Program-made: the position numbers and the translations under genes | The notes under the pieces: model-generated | The model's input: the letters and a program-made list of their open reading frames with translations, nothing else | Databases searched by the model: none | Told to the model about the DNA's origin: nothing | Shown: positions 29,650 to 39,587 of the stretch, one piece after another | Layout of the letters: each line of letters starts with the position of its first letter | Position numbering within the stretch: position 1 is the stretch's first letter | Assembly: GCA_022823405.1 (NCBI GenBank) | Contig: JAJDXD010000096.1 | Span: 5,943 to 69,942, forward strand | Length of the DNA stretch: 64,000 nt | Source: Gammaproteobacteria bacterium | Lineage (GTDB): Bacteria > Pseudomonadota > Gammaproteobacteria > Arenicellales > JAJDZL01 | Reading direction: 5' to 3'

Positions 29650-31166
29650 TCAGGGAAGCTGCACAACTTCTGCTTCAGGTTCGGGCAATATCCAAACGAT
29701 ACGGTGCTGTTCAGGCATTGTCTAGTATGGATTTTGATCTGGCTGCAGGTGAAGTTCATGTGTTGTTCGGGGAAAACGGCGCGGGCAAGTCCACACTGAT
29801 AAACGTCATCTGCGGGGCAGTTCCACCGGACGAAGGCGAAGTGTCGTTGCGAGGTAACCCAATTAAGCTCCGCGATGTGCACGATGCGCGAAGCAGGGGC
29901 ATTTCAGCGATGTTTCAGGAATTTAGCCTTGCTCCACATCTATCCGTAGAAGAAAACATTTACCTTGGAGATGAGCCAAAGGCGGGTTTGTGGTTGAAGC
30001 GAGGCGTACGCCGTCACGGTGCCAAGGAAGCATTGGAACGATTTGGATTTGATCTTAACCCTTCGACGATGGTGGGAATGCTGTCCCGTGCGCAGCAGCA
30101 AATGGTGGAAATGGCCAAGGCGTTACGCACAGGACCCGATGTCCTGATCCTGGATGAACCGACTGCGTCGTTGTCAGAAAAGGAAACCGAAACTCTGTTT
30201 AGCCTTATCCGTGATCTCAGAAAACAAGGTGTTGGGATCATATATATCACCCACAGAATAAAGGAAATCAAGGAAATCGGCGATCGCGTCACTGTAATGC
30301 GCGATGGCAAACCGGTCAAGACTGTCGATGCCGGCTCGACTGACCACAAGGAGTTTGTCGAGTTGATGATTGGTCGCACGTTCGACAATTTCTACCCACA
30401 ATTCACCTGCGAGCCCACTGAGGAGCGACTTACTGTTGAGAACCTCTCGACGGTATCGGGTCATGTTCGATCGGCTACGATAAAAGTGCTTGCCGGGGAG
30501 ATCGTAGGTCTAGCGGGTTTGGTCGGTTGCGGAAAATCGGAGATCGGACGTGCGGTATTCGGCCTTGAGCCAATCCTCTCGGGCAGTGTTAAGCACGAGG
30601 GAACAGAAATTAAACGACCAACACCGCGCCGAATGCTTGACCGGGGAGTGGTATACATAACCTCTGATCGTCACAACGAGGGGTTAATGCTGTTGCGGTC
30701 TACTAAGGAAAATATCAGTCTGTCAGCACTTTCGCTATCAGAATATTCAAGGGCAAGTTGGATAAATCGTGGTGCGGAGCAGCAGATGGCACAAAGAGTC
30801 GCCAAGCGAATGAAGGTGACACCTTTGGATCTTTCCAAGCCTGTGTCTGCGTATTCCGGGGGAAATCAACAAAAAATCCTAATTACCAAGGCACTCGCTC
30901 GTGATACTCGCGTGTTCATTTTTGACGAACCCACTGTCGGTATTGACGTTTCGGCAAGGGTTGAGGTGTACAAATTCATGAAGGATCTCATCACTGCTGG
31001 TGAGTCGGTTCTCATGATAAGTTCCGACCTACCCGAAATCATCAATATGAGCCATCGCGTTTACGTCGTGAAAGATGGCGAAGTAGTGGATCATATGGAA
31101 AAATCGGAAATTTCCGAGCCAAGACTATTGAACGCCTTTTTTAGTGGCACCAAGGAAGTTGCGTGA
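29646..31166 (+). CDS. Sugar-type (CUT2) ABC ATPase, two fused domains
   Basis: GENGAGKSTL, LDEPTASL, YSGGNQQK, DEPTVGIDV. Confidence 0.93.
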   Translation: MIREAAQLLLQVRAISKRYGAVQALSSMDFDLAAGEVHVLFGENGAGKSTLINVICGAVPPDEGEVSLRGNPIKLRDVHDARSRGISAMFQEFSLAPHLSVEENIYLGDEPKAGLWLKRGVRRHGAKEALERFGFDLNPSTMVGMLSRAQQQMVEMAKALRTGPDVLILDEPTASLSEKETETLFSLIRDLRKQGVGIIYITHRIKEIKEIGDRVTVMRDGKPVKTVDAGSTDHKEFVELMIGRTFDNFYPQFTCEPTEERLTVENLSTVSGHVRSATIKVLAGEIVGLAGLVGCGKSEIGRAVFGLEPILSGSVKHEGTEIKRPTPRRMLDRGVVYITSDRHNEGLMLLRSTKENISLSALSLSEYSRASWINRGAEQQMAQRVAKRMKVTPLDLSKPVSAYSGGNQQKILITKALARDTRVFIFDEPTVGIDVSARVEVYKFMKDLITAGESVLMISSDLPEIINMSHRVYVVKDGEVVDHMEKSEISEPRLLNAFFSGTKEVA

Positions 31167-32179
31167 AAATGAATCGTAGAGATGGTGACAAAAGATCTGC
31201 CGACGCAACTTCGTGGCTTCGTCAAGCATTTATTCATCTGGGTATTCTGCCTTTATTGCTGGTTGCTGCGATTCTTTTATTCGCAATTCAGGAGGAGCGC
31301 TTCTATTCGAGCCTGAATATCTTCAATGTAGTGAGGCAAACAACCTTCCTGTTGATTGTCGCATTGGGACAGATGATCGTGATTCTGACCAAAGGGCTCG
31401 ATATGTCGATGGGTGCTGTGGTTGGGTTTTCGGGTGTCGTCGGTGCGTTGGCAATGAAGGCAGTTCTCGGAGTCGCTCCAGACGCATTATTGCTAGGTGG
31501 CATTGTGGCCGTGCTTGCGGGCATTTCGGCAGGCGCATTAGCCGGAGCTTTTAATGGAATCGGTGTCTCGTATCTGAATGTACCTCCCTTTATGATGACA
31601 TTGGGTACCTGGACCAGTCTGGTTGGGGTGTCTTTACTACTGACGAAAGGTATGCCGCTAACAGGAGTTCCCGATGAATTTATGCGTGCACTGGGATATG
31701 GTCGCATTTTTGGACTCGCACCTCCGGTGCTCGTGACTATTATTCTTGTCGTACTGGTGTATGCGCTTCTCAACCGGACTACTATCGGGCGTTACTTCTA
31801 CGCGATTGGCTCAAACCTCCGAGCCGCAAAGCTTTCCGGGATCAATGCCAGTGGCCAAATGTTTTTTGCCTATGTATTGTCCGGAACATTTGCAGGTGTG
31901 GCTGGTGTCTTGTTCATCGCCAGGACAGGGTCGGCCGAAGCATTGAACGGTAGTGCTTATACTCTGCAGGCGATTGCAGCATGTGTTATCGGTGGTGTAT
32001 CTCTATTCGGTGGCATCGGCAAAGTGCGTGACGTTTTGCTCGGTGCTTTCTTCATCACAATTTTGACTAACGGTATGAATCTCATTCGGGTGGAGTCATA
32101 TATTCAGTCAATTGTGTTGGGATTGGTTTTGATTTTGTCGCTCGTCGCAGATCAATTTCGCATGAAACTTTTGAAATGA
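31163..32179 (+). CDS. Sugar-type ABC permease (RbsC-like)
   Basis: GLDMSMG, VPPFMMTLG, IGSNLRAAKLSGI, IAACVIGGVSLFGG. Confidence 0.92.
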   Translation: MKMNRRDGDKRSADATSWLRQAFIHLGILPLLLVAAILLFAIQEERFYSSLNIFNVVRQTTFLLIVALGQMIVILTKGLDMSMGAVVGFSGVVGALAMKAVLGVAPDALLLGGIVAVLAGISAGALAGAFNGIGVSYLNVPPFMMTLGTWTSLVGVSLLLTKGMPLTGVPDEFMRALGYGRIFGLAPPVLVTIILVVLVYALLNRTTIGRYFYAIGSNLRAAKLSGINASGQMFFAYVLSGTFAGVAGVLFIARTGSAEALNGSAYTLQAIAACVIGGVSLFGGIGKVRDVLLGAFFITILTNGMNLIRVESYIQSIVLGLVLILSLVADQFRMKLLK

Positions 32180-32189
32180 GGATGCAATA

Positions 32190-32573
32190 GTGAATCAAGT
32201 AGAAGAAAACAAGAGGGTTGTGGTTGCTTTTCTTGATACCGTTTTCAATCGTCACCAAGTGGACGAAGGGATAGACAACTACATGGGCTCAACATATACC
32301 CAGCACAATCCGGGAGTTGAGAACGGTGTGGAAGCATTTCGTGCCTTTTTTCACGCGTTCTTCGCGAATATGCCGGAATCGACTTTCGACATCAAGCGAG
32401 TTTTCTGTGAGGGCAATTACGTCACTGTTCACGCACATTGGAAGGAAAATGCGGATGACCGTGGTCAAGCTGTTATGGACATTTTCAGGGTAGAAAAAGG
32501 CAAAATTGTGGAACATTGGGACGTTATGCAGCCGATCCCAGAAAAGCTTGCGCACAACAATACGATGTTCTAA
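32190..32573 (+). CDS. SnoaL/NTF2-like protein
   Basis: NKRVV..F, YTQHNP, MDIFRVEKGKIVEHWD. Confidence 0.88.
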   Translation: MNQVEENKRVVVAFLDTVFNRHQVDEGIDNYMGSTYTQHNPGVENGVEAFRAFFHAFFANMPESTFDIKRVFCEGNYVTVHAHWKENADDRGQAVMDIFRVEKGKIVEHWDVMQPIPEKLAHNNTMF

Positions 32574-32607
32574 TCATCTTCACACCCTTCACAGAAAGAG
32601 AGAAGTG

Positions 32608-33225
32608 ATGCAGTCTCCCAATATTGAAAACACTCTGCGCGCGCTCAACGAAAGTGCCCTAGATATCATTTTTCGTGAAGCACGTACTCGAAATGGCTGG
32701 AAGGATCAACCGGTGCCAGATCAGCTGATTCGGGCAGTTTACGCGGACGCAATTCTAGGTCCGACTTCGGCGAATTGCCTTCCTATGCGAATTGCCTTTG
32801 TTTCGTCACCAAATGCCAAGCAACGCCTTGCACCAGCGTTAGAAGAAGGGAACCTAGCAAAAACAATGAAAGCTCCGGTTGTGGCCATTTTCGCATTTGA
32901 TCTACTCTTTTTCGAGCATTTAGAGAAAACCTTTCCTCATGCACCTGACGCACGAACTTGGTTTGAAGGTAATGATGCACTTATATTCGAAACAGCATTT
33001 CGTAATGCTACACTGCAGGCAGCATACTTCATGCTGGCTGCCCGTGCACATGGCCTCGATTGTGGCCCTATGTCTGGATTTGACCAGGAAAAAGTTAACG
33101 CAGAATTTTTTCCGGACGGCCGATATCAGTCTAATTTCATCTGCAGTATTGGGTATGGCACTGACGAAAACATATTTCCGCGAAGCCCACGACTTGAATT
33201 TGAAGACAGCTGCAGCATTCTTTAG
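32608..33225 (+). CDS. RutE-like nitroreductase-fold (malonic semialdehyde reductase-like) protein
   Basis: FREART, GPTSANCLPMR, RNATLQAAY, GLDCGPMSGFD, PRSPRL. Confidence 0.85.
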   Translation: MQSPNIENTLRALNESALDIIFREARTRNGWKDQPVPDQLIRAVYADAILGPTSANCLPMRIAFVSSPNAKQRLAPALEEGNLAKTMKAPVVAIFAFDLLFFEHLEKTFPHAPDARTWFEGNDALIFETAFRNATLQAAYFMLAARAHGLDCGPMSGFDQEKVNAEFFPDGRYQSNFICSIGYGTDENIFPRSPRLEFEDSCSIL

Positions 33226-33584
33226 TACTCGCTGGCTCGCTCAAATCAGCGAACACATACCCAGAATTCGGTTTCTTCAACAATTTGATTGCGTGTAGGT
33301 CATTTCACCTACGGTTAAGCGCGTATCACGCACCGATGCATTTAAAGTGTCGGGGCCTTCACGTCAAAAACAAAAGACAGAAGGTGCACTCGCGGTCGTA
33401 AGCCATGGGCGCCATGCAATGTGTCTTTCGACTTCGTGAAACTGTCTGGAATCATCAATAACGATATAACAAATGTTGGTGGGTCAGGTAGTACCGTCGT
33501 GAATGGTACAGGATTTTTAATCGGTGAAAGTGGGGAAGATTAATCGTTGGTGATAGTTTGCTGTCGGTCGGAAAACTCACCGCC

Positions 33585-34040
33585 TTCTCTGTCGGCCAGC
33601 CGGTCTGAAAATGACTCTCGCCACAGAAGTACTGCCAGTATGGATTTTCTAGCCAGCCGATGATCAGCTACTCATCGGACAGCTTGTGAATGTGCTTCAG
33701 ATGCAGCAGACCCACCACATCAGCTGGGTGGGTTTCCAGGGCTGCCGGCCCCGGCGTGATACAGCGCACCGAAACGATCATCGAACACGCTCCAGTCAAT
33801 CAGAGCCGCCAGTCGGACCAGCTCATGGTTCATGTTGATCTGGCCATCAGGGCGGTAGCGGAACAGTTCTCTCTGGTTTGGATTCTGTGGTTTTAGAGGC
33901 TTCATTTTTACTCTCTGAATTGCAGGGAAACAGGACCCAATCATACCGTTTCCTGCAATTTCAAACCCAGGAATGTGACACCATTACTCAATAGTAACAA
34001 AGATATATCGCTGAATTATGGATCATTCAGGGACGACTAA
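33585..34040 (-). pseudogene. Truncated, frameshifted IS5-family transposase remnant with probable left end
   Basis: MKP..INMNHELVRLAALIDW..F, frameshift, then VGLLHLKHIHKLSDE*..WLENPYWQYFCGE; no catalytic domain follows; TTAGTCGTCCCTGAA at about 34040 resembles an IS5 terminus. Confidence 0.8.
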
Positions 34041-34276
34041 TTACGGATTAGGGGAAACCAGAAATTACGCAAATAAATTTGCTTGTCCAAACAGATTTAA
34101 AGTGAAATCATGCTCACAGTCCTATATCCGCTCGCTAATGGTAAACGAGATCTAGATCGAGCACAGTAGCGGCATATTGGATGAGTGATAAAATTTCGCA
34201 CTCAGTTTGCTGAGGCGAGTGCAACTAGATTGTTTTTGACCACCCAAAATATCCCCAACACTTCCTGAGTTCTGGC

Positions 34277-35059
34277 ATGCTTTTTGAATTGTCACCCTGG
34301 GTTATCGCATGGTGTGCGCTCGCCATGGCGTGTGGTGGATTGATCAAAGGGCTACTGGGAATTGGTACGCCGCTATTGACTGTCCCAATGATGGCACTGG
34401 TTCTCCCGGCTCACCATGCTGTGGTAATCATGGCATTTCCGGTTGTGGTTGCAAACCTCTGGCAAGTCTATGATGCAGACCAGCCCGTTGCTACGATTAA
34501 GCGCTTTTGGCCCGCTTTCGTTGCGCTTCTGATTGGGACTTGGGTCGGGATTGAGGTTTTCACTGGTATCGACGAGAAGACTCTGCTATTTGTAGTGGGA
34601 ATTCTAGTGATCTGCTTTACACTCGTACAAGCGTCACCACGAAAAATTACCATTCCGTCCGCCATGGAGAAGCCTGCTGGAGCAGCGTTTTGTGGTACTG
34701 CAGGAGTGATTGGCGGTCTGTCATCAATGTTCGGGCCGATGCTGATTCTTTATCTTGTCTCGCTTCCAACACTCGACAAGAACCGATTCGTCAACACCAT
34801 CAGCTTTCTTTACATTGGCGCGGTTGTCCCATGGGTCATTATCATGATATTGGTTGGGGTACTCGATGGACGGCTCGCCATCATGTCAGCATTGGCGGTG
34901 ATTCCGCTGGCGATTGGATTGGCGGCCGGTCGAGCTTTAAGAAAACGCGTTGAAGATACGATCTTTTATCGCCTGGTGCTCGGCGTGTTGATCGTTTCAG
35001 GAATCAGCATGATGTGGCGCGCCTGGCAGTTCGGAGCAACTGCTGCAGTCGCCGGCTGA
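34277..35059 (+). CDS. TauE/SafE (sulfite exporter family) membrane protein
   Basis: GGLIKGLLGIG, repeated GVIGGLSSMFGP half, about 8 TM segments. Confidence 0.85.
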   Translation: MLFELSPWVIAWCALAMACGGLIKGLLGIGTPLLTVPMMALVLPAHHAVVIMAFPVVVANLWQVYDADQPVATIKRFWPAFVALLIGTWVGIEVFTGIDEKTLLFVVGILVICFTLVQASPRKITIPSAMEKPAGAAFCGTAGVIGGLSSMFGPMLILYLVSLPTLDKNRFVNTISFLYIGAVVPWVIIMILVGVLDGRLAIMSALAVIPLAIGLAAGRALRKRVEDTIFYRLVLGVLIVSGISMMWRAWQFGATAAVAG

Positions 35060-35109
35060 TTCGTTCTGCACTAAACGGTTCGTATACAGCGAACTGCTGA
35101 GGTTTCTGA

Positions 35110-35976
35110 TTAATTTCGAGCTGACTTGTCTCTCTGGACAAAAATCGACAATATCGCCAAAAGTCCGGAACCGACCATGAGGAAAAACGACACCGCATTC
35201 AACACCGGAGTCGAGCCCACTTTATGAACCCGATCAAACATGGTGATGGTAAGTGGCGATTCGGAGCCGACCAAAAACAGGGTGGTGTTGAAGTTTTCGA
35301 ACGATACCAAAAATGCAACGATACCTGCAGCAATCATCGCGGAGCGAAGAAACGGTAAAGTTACAGTCCACAGTACTCGATTCGTACTTGCGCCAAGGTT
35401 AAGTGCCGCCTCCTCCATCGTAATGTCGAACTTTTTGAGTTTTGCAGCAATCACGAGTGAGGTGATTGTCGCGGTGAACGATATCTGGCCAAGTACCACA
35501 AGAAAAATGCCCGGTCTTAAAAGCTCAAGCTCAAAATTGAACTGATTTTCCAGACCGTTGGCAGCAGAACTTGCCAGCACCAGAATTGAGATACCAAGAA
35601 TGACACCGGGGATAACCAGTGGAACAATCATCAAAATGTAGAAAAAATTCTTCCCCGGAAAATCCTTACGGACGAAAAGAAATGCGTTGCAGGTACCGAT
35701 AAAGACGGTTAGCAGCGAAACCATCACCGCAATAATGAATGAATAATAAAGTCCGCTTATCAACCGCCGATCGTAGAACATGCCAAGCTTGGGTTCCGTA
35801 TCACCAAAAAACCAGCTCAGTGTGAATCCTTGCCAGGGTAATGCCGGGAAAAGCGAATCATTGAATGCGAAAGTTGCCGCTGATAGGAGAGGTGCTGCCA
35901 GAAAAATGAAAAATGCCAATACATAGGCTCGATACCCCCATAGCATTTTGTCGAATTTGTTTTTTTGGATAAGCAT
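35110..35976 (-). CDS. Polyamine-type ABC permease (PotC-like)
   Basis: GFTLSWF, PLVIPGVILG, EEAALNLGAS (EAA loop). Confidence 0.9.
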   Translation of the reverse strand: MLIQKNKFDKMLWGYRAYVLAFFIFLAAPLLSAATFAFNDSLFPALPWQGFTLSWFFGDTEPKLGMFYDRRLISGLYYSFIIAVMVSLLTVFIGTCNAFLFVRKDFPGKNFFYILMIVPLVIPGVILGISILVLASSAANGLENQFNFELELLRPGIFLVVLGQISFTATITSLVIAAKLKKFDITMEEAALNLGASTNRVLWTVTLPFLRSAMIAAGIVAFLVSFENFNTTLFLVGSESPLTITMFDRVHKVGSTPVLNAVSFFLMVGSGLLAILSIFVQRDKSARN

Positions 35977-35982
35977 CGACAA

Positions 35983-36849
35983 CTATGTCTTGGTGACAGT
36001 ATTGGCCAGAGTCTGGCCAGTGAGCTTGAGACCAAGCCATACTACGATAGAGGTAAAGGCAAGAAGCAGCATACCAAACGCAGCGCCGGATTCCCAATTG
36101 TAGCGAGTGATGAACTGATCATAGATCTGCTCAGTAAACCAACTCGAATTCTTACCGCCAAGCAAAATCGGTGTCAGGTAGCTGCCTGCAGTCAACATGA
36201 AAACGATGATGCAGCCGGATGCGATACCCGGCATAGCGTACGGAATAATGATGCGTCGCAGTACAGTGCTTCCGCGCCCGCCAAGGTTGTACCCTGCTTC
36301 AATCATCGAGTTATCCATACCGTCCAGGGTTGATGCCAAAGGGACGATCATGAACAGAATGACTGTATAGACAAGACCGATGATGACCGTAACATCGTTG
36401 TATAGCATTTCAATCGGACCACTGAGTATCCCCAACCACTGTAGAAAACTGGAAATGACACCAGTCTCCCTCAGCAGCAGAATCCAGCCAAACGCTCGAA
36501 TGAGGTCGCTCACCCAAAGTGGAATCAGGCACAACAGAAACAGGGCACCGCGCATTCTTGGCCCGGCGATTTTGGCGATGTAGTAAGCAATTGGAAAACC
36601 GATGATCAAAGCGAGAACAGTCACCAGCAGGGACATCGAACCAGTTCGAATCAGTGTGTTCCAATAAATGGGTTCATTGAAAAACTCAATGTAGTTCGCG
36701 AATCCATACTCATAAACCCGCGGTGCTACCTTCTCCCGCAGTGACAAAACGACCATACCAATATGGGGCAGCAGGATCAGCAGGGTGATCCACAGGGCGA
36801 AAGGGGCAAATAACAGGATCAGCGACAGGCGCTTGATGTCCTTTTGCAT
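35983..36849 (-). CDS. Polyamine-type ABC permease (PotB-like)
   Basis: IGFPIAYY, IPLWVSDLIRAFGW, IEAGYNLG, NWESGAA. Confidence 0.9.
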   Translation of the reverse strand: MQKDIKRLSLILLFAPFALWITLLILLPHIGMVVLSLREKVAPRVYEYGFANYIEFFNEPIYWNTLIRTGSMSLLVTVLALIIGFPIAYYIAKIAGPRMRGALFLLCLIPLWVSDLIRAFGWILLLRETGVISSFLQWLGILSGPIEMLYNDVTVIIGLVYTVILFMIVPLASTLDGMDNSMIEAGYNLGGRGSTVLRRIIIPYAMPGIASGCIIVFMLTAGSYLTPILLGGKNSSWFTEQIYDQFITRYNWESGAAFGMLLLAFTSIVVWLGLKLTGQTLANTVTKT

Positions 36850-36861
36850 TAGCGAGCCTCG

Positions 36862-37974
36862 TCAGGCGCTAAAGCACATGGTTTGCTCACAAGACCAGAT
36901 CAGCTGCACATCTTCACCCGGTTTAAGGTCCTCGAACCCACCAGTAAGAACTATGTCAGCCTCAATCAACTGATCGGTGGGACTGCGTACCAGCGCTCGG
37001 CTGTTCGCACCGTTAAATAACAGGCTGTCGACGATACCGGTCAGTCTGTTCTGTCCAGGTTGAGTGTTCTCCGATTCATCACGTGTGCGTTCGACCTGAA
37101 TGAATTCAGGTCGAATAAAAATGCTGACCTTCTGAGAGCGATCTGTACTACGGGCATCATTCGGCATGGCCAGCAGTTCAAGGCCATCATCAGTTTTGAC
37201 TTTCAGCACTTCTCCGGCGGATTCAACTGCGGTCCCAGACCAGCTATTGCTATCGCCGACAAAGCCTGCGACAAATGCTGATTGCGGATTGTGATAAAGC
37301 TCTTGCGGCGTACCGACCTGTTCAAATCTTCCCTGATTCATAATGGCGACCTGATCCGACATCACCAGCGCTTCGGATTGATCGTGTGTGATATAGATGA
37401 AGGTCGTGTCGAACTGGTGCTGAAGCAGTTTAAGTTCAATTTTCATTGCCTCTCGCAACTTCAGATCTAGTGCTCCAAGTGGTTCGTCCAGTAAAAGAAC
37501 GTCCGGGTCGAGGACCATGCACCTTGCTACGGCAATGCGTTGTTTTTGGCCGCCAGATAACTGGTGAATTTCGCGCTCACCGACATCTGGCAGAGCGATA
37601 CGATCCAGTACGTTGTTAACTCGTTCGTCGATCTCCTGTTTTGCAACCCCACGGCATCGAAGACCGTAGGCAATGTTTTCGTAGACATTCATCATTGGAA
37701 ACAGCGCCAGATGCTGAAAGACCATTTTGACGTTCCGCTTGTTGGGTGCGGTATTGAGCACGGATGCACCCTTGATTCGGATTTCTCCTGAGTCAGGCTG
37801 TTCAAAGCCTGCGATCATTCGAATGAGAGTGGTTTTACCGCAGCCGGAGGGTCCAAGTATCGAGAAAAAACTCCCGCTGGGTATATCAAACGAGACGTCG
37901 TCTACAGCAAGAACATCGCTGAAAGTCTTTGAAATGTTGATGCATTCCAGGTCAATGGCTGTTGAATCAGGCAT
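36862..37974 (-). CDS. Polyamine-type ABC ATPase (PotA-like)
   Basis: GPSGCGKTT, LSGGQKQR, LLLDEPLGALDLKLR, C-terminal TOBE region. Confidence 0.93.
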   Translation of the reverse strand: MPDSTAIDLECINISKTFSDVLAVDDVSFDIPSGSFFSILGPSGCGKTTLIRMIAGFEQPDSGEIRIKGASVLNTAPNKRNVKMVFQHLALFPMMNVYENIAYGLRCRGVAKQEIDERVNNVLDRIALPDVGEREIHQLSGGQKQRIAVARCMVLDPDVLLLDEPLGALDLKLREAMKIELKLLQHQFDTTFIYITHDQSEALVMSDQVAIMNQGRFEQVGTPQELYHNPQSAFVAGFVGDSNSWSGTAVESAGEVLKVKTDDGLELLAMPNDARSTDRSQKVSIFIRPEFIQVERTRDESENTQPGQNRLTGIVDSLLFNGANSRALVRSPTDQLIEADIVLTGGFEDLKPGEDVQLIWSCEQTMCFSA

Positions 37975-38072
37975 GCTGCTGTGGCCCGATTTTGAGAAAG
38001 AAATCTGAGACGCGTCGCACGGGCATTAATTCTAACTCGTACAACGCGTCTACTGATTGGATAAGATTTATA

Positions 38073-39152
38073 TTAACCGCCGGTTGCTGCCTTGATCTTT
38101 TCCAAAGCCTTGCCTTCCATGTCTTCGATGCCTGGAGGAATGTTGGCAAAGAATTTCAGGTTGGCGATATCTTCCGGTGTAAAAGCAGCATTAACTGCAG
38201 CTTTTTTGTCCGCTGGCAGCAGATCCTGACCGCCGGATACCGCTGCAATCGCACCGGAACTCGCAGACATGATGGTTACATTTTCTGACCTCAGGACAAA
38301 ATTGATCCACTTGTAGGCTGCATCATCAGCTTTGCCTTTGCGAGGTAGGGTAAATGTGTCAATCCAGGTCAATGCACCAGTTGACGGTGGTACAAATACG
38401 ATATTTGGATTTTCACTGTAAATTCTGTAGGCTGTTGAATCCCAGGTTTCGGAAGCAACAATTTCACCCGACAACATCAACGCTGCCAGATCGTCGCCGC
38501 CTTTCCAATAGGCCTTCACATTGTCTTTGCACGCAATCAGCACATCGACAACTTCATCGAGAATTTTCTGGTACTCATCTAGGTCCGCATATGCGGCGAA
38601 TGGATCGTAGCCCATTGAAAATGCGGTTCCAAGTAGAATTGTGCGCTTCAGCCGCATCGAAGTCTTACCCTTGTACATGGGATCGCAAAGATCAGACCAA
38701 TGTTTGAAATCAGGTGCTTTCGACTTGTCCGCCATCAGGCCGGAAGTTCCCCACTGGTGTGGAACTGAGTAAACTTCACCATCAATCGTGGTATTTGCTT
38801 TCACACCTTCCAGATGGACCTCTGACATCACCGATGTATCGATCTGCGACAGATCCATTGGTTTGTAAATGTCGTATTCCAGTTGTGCTGCGTGAACCCG
38901 ATCGTGGCTGGGTTGAGCAAGGTCAAATCCTGCACCACCGGTGGCGCGCAGCTTGGCGATCATTTCCTCGTTATTTGAGAAAGTTACTTCAACAGTGATG
39001 TCGGGATATTCCGCTTCAAACTTCTGAATTAACTCATCTGGAGCATAGGATCCCCACGTGAGTAACCGAAGCGTGGATTCCGCTTGGGCAATTGATGCAA
39101 CGCTGAGTGCCAACGCTGCAACCACACCAATCATGGTAGCTTTGTATTTCAT
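38073..39152 (-). CDS. Polyamine-type ABC binding protein (PotD/PotF-like)
   Basis: Signal peptide; LLTWGSY, SNNEEMIAKL, PHQWGTSGL, WIDTF. Confidence 0.88.
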   Translation of the reverse strand: MKYKATMIGVVAALALSVASIAQAESTLRLLTWGSYAPDELIQKFEAEYPDITVEVTFSNNEEMIAKLRATGGAGFDLAQPSHDRVHAAQLEYDIYKPMDLSQIDTSVMSEVHLEGVKANTTIDGEVYSVPHQWGTSGLMADKSKAPDFKHWSDLCDPMYKGKTSMRLKRTILLGTAFSMGYDPFAAYADLDEYQKILDEVVDVLIACKDNVKAYWKGGDDLAALMLSGEIVASETWDSTAYRIYSENPNIVFVPPSTGALTWIDTFTLPRKGKADDAAYKWINFVLRSENVTIMSASSGAIAAVSGGQDLLPADKKAAVNAAFTPEDIANLKFFANIPPGIEDMEGKALEKIKAATGG

Positions 39153-39587
39153 CAAAATCCTCTCAATTTAAATAGTAATGGAATTGCTGTCATGTATCCC
39201 ACATCGCCAAATATTGACTAACTAACAGCACAGTCTATCAATACAGATCGATGAATTGGGTCAGTGGGAAAATTAATTTTAACACTAATAAAAAATCTCA
39301 TTGTTCCGTCACCCGCAAGGAGCGGAATTCGAAAGTTAACCAAGACTTTAGGAAATCCGAAGAAGAAAAATCATTTATTTCTGGTGTTGAATTTCGAATG
39401 GCAGACTCAGCAATCAACCATTGCAAATTACACTAAAATCGAATTGAGTGACTCAAAAGATAGCTTGCTTTCCCATCAATGGTACAGAACATCTGCCTCA
39501 ATTGATGGGATGCGCAATTAATAGCTTGAAATTTAACGTCACACTCACCGCACGTATTCCTTAATCAGTTCATCCACTTCAATACAA

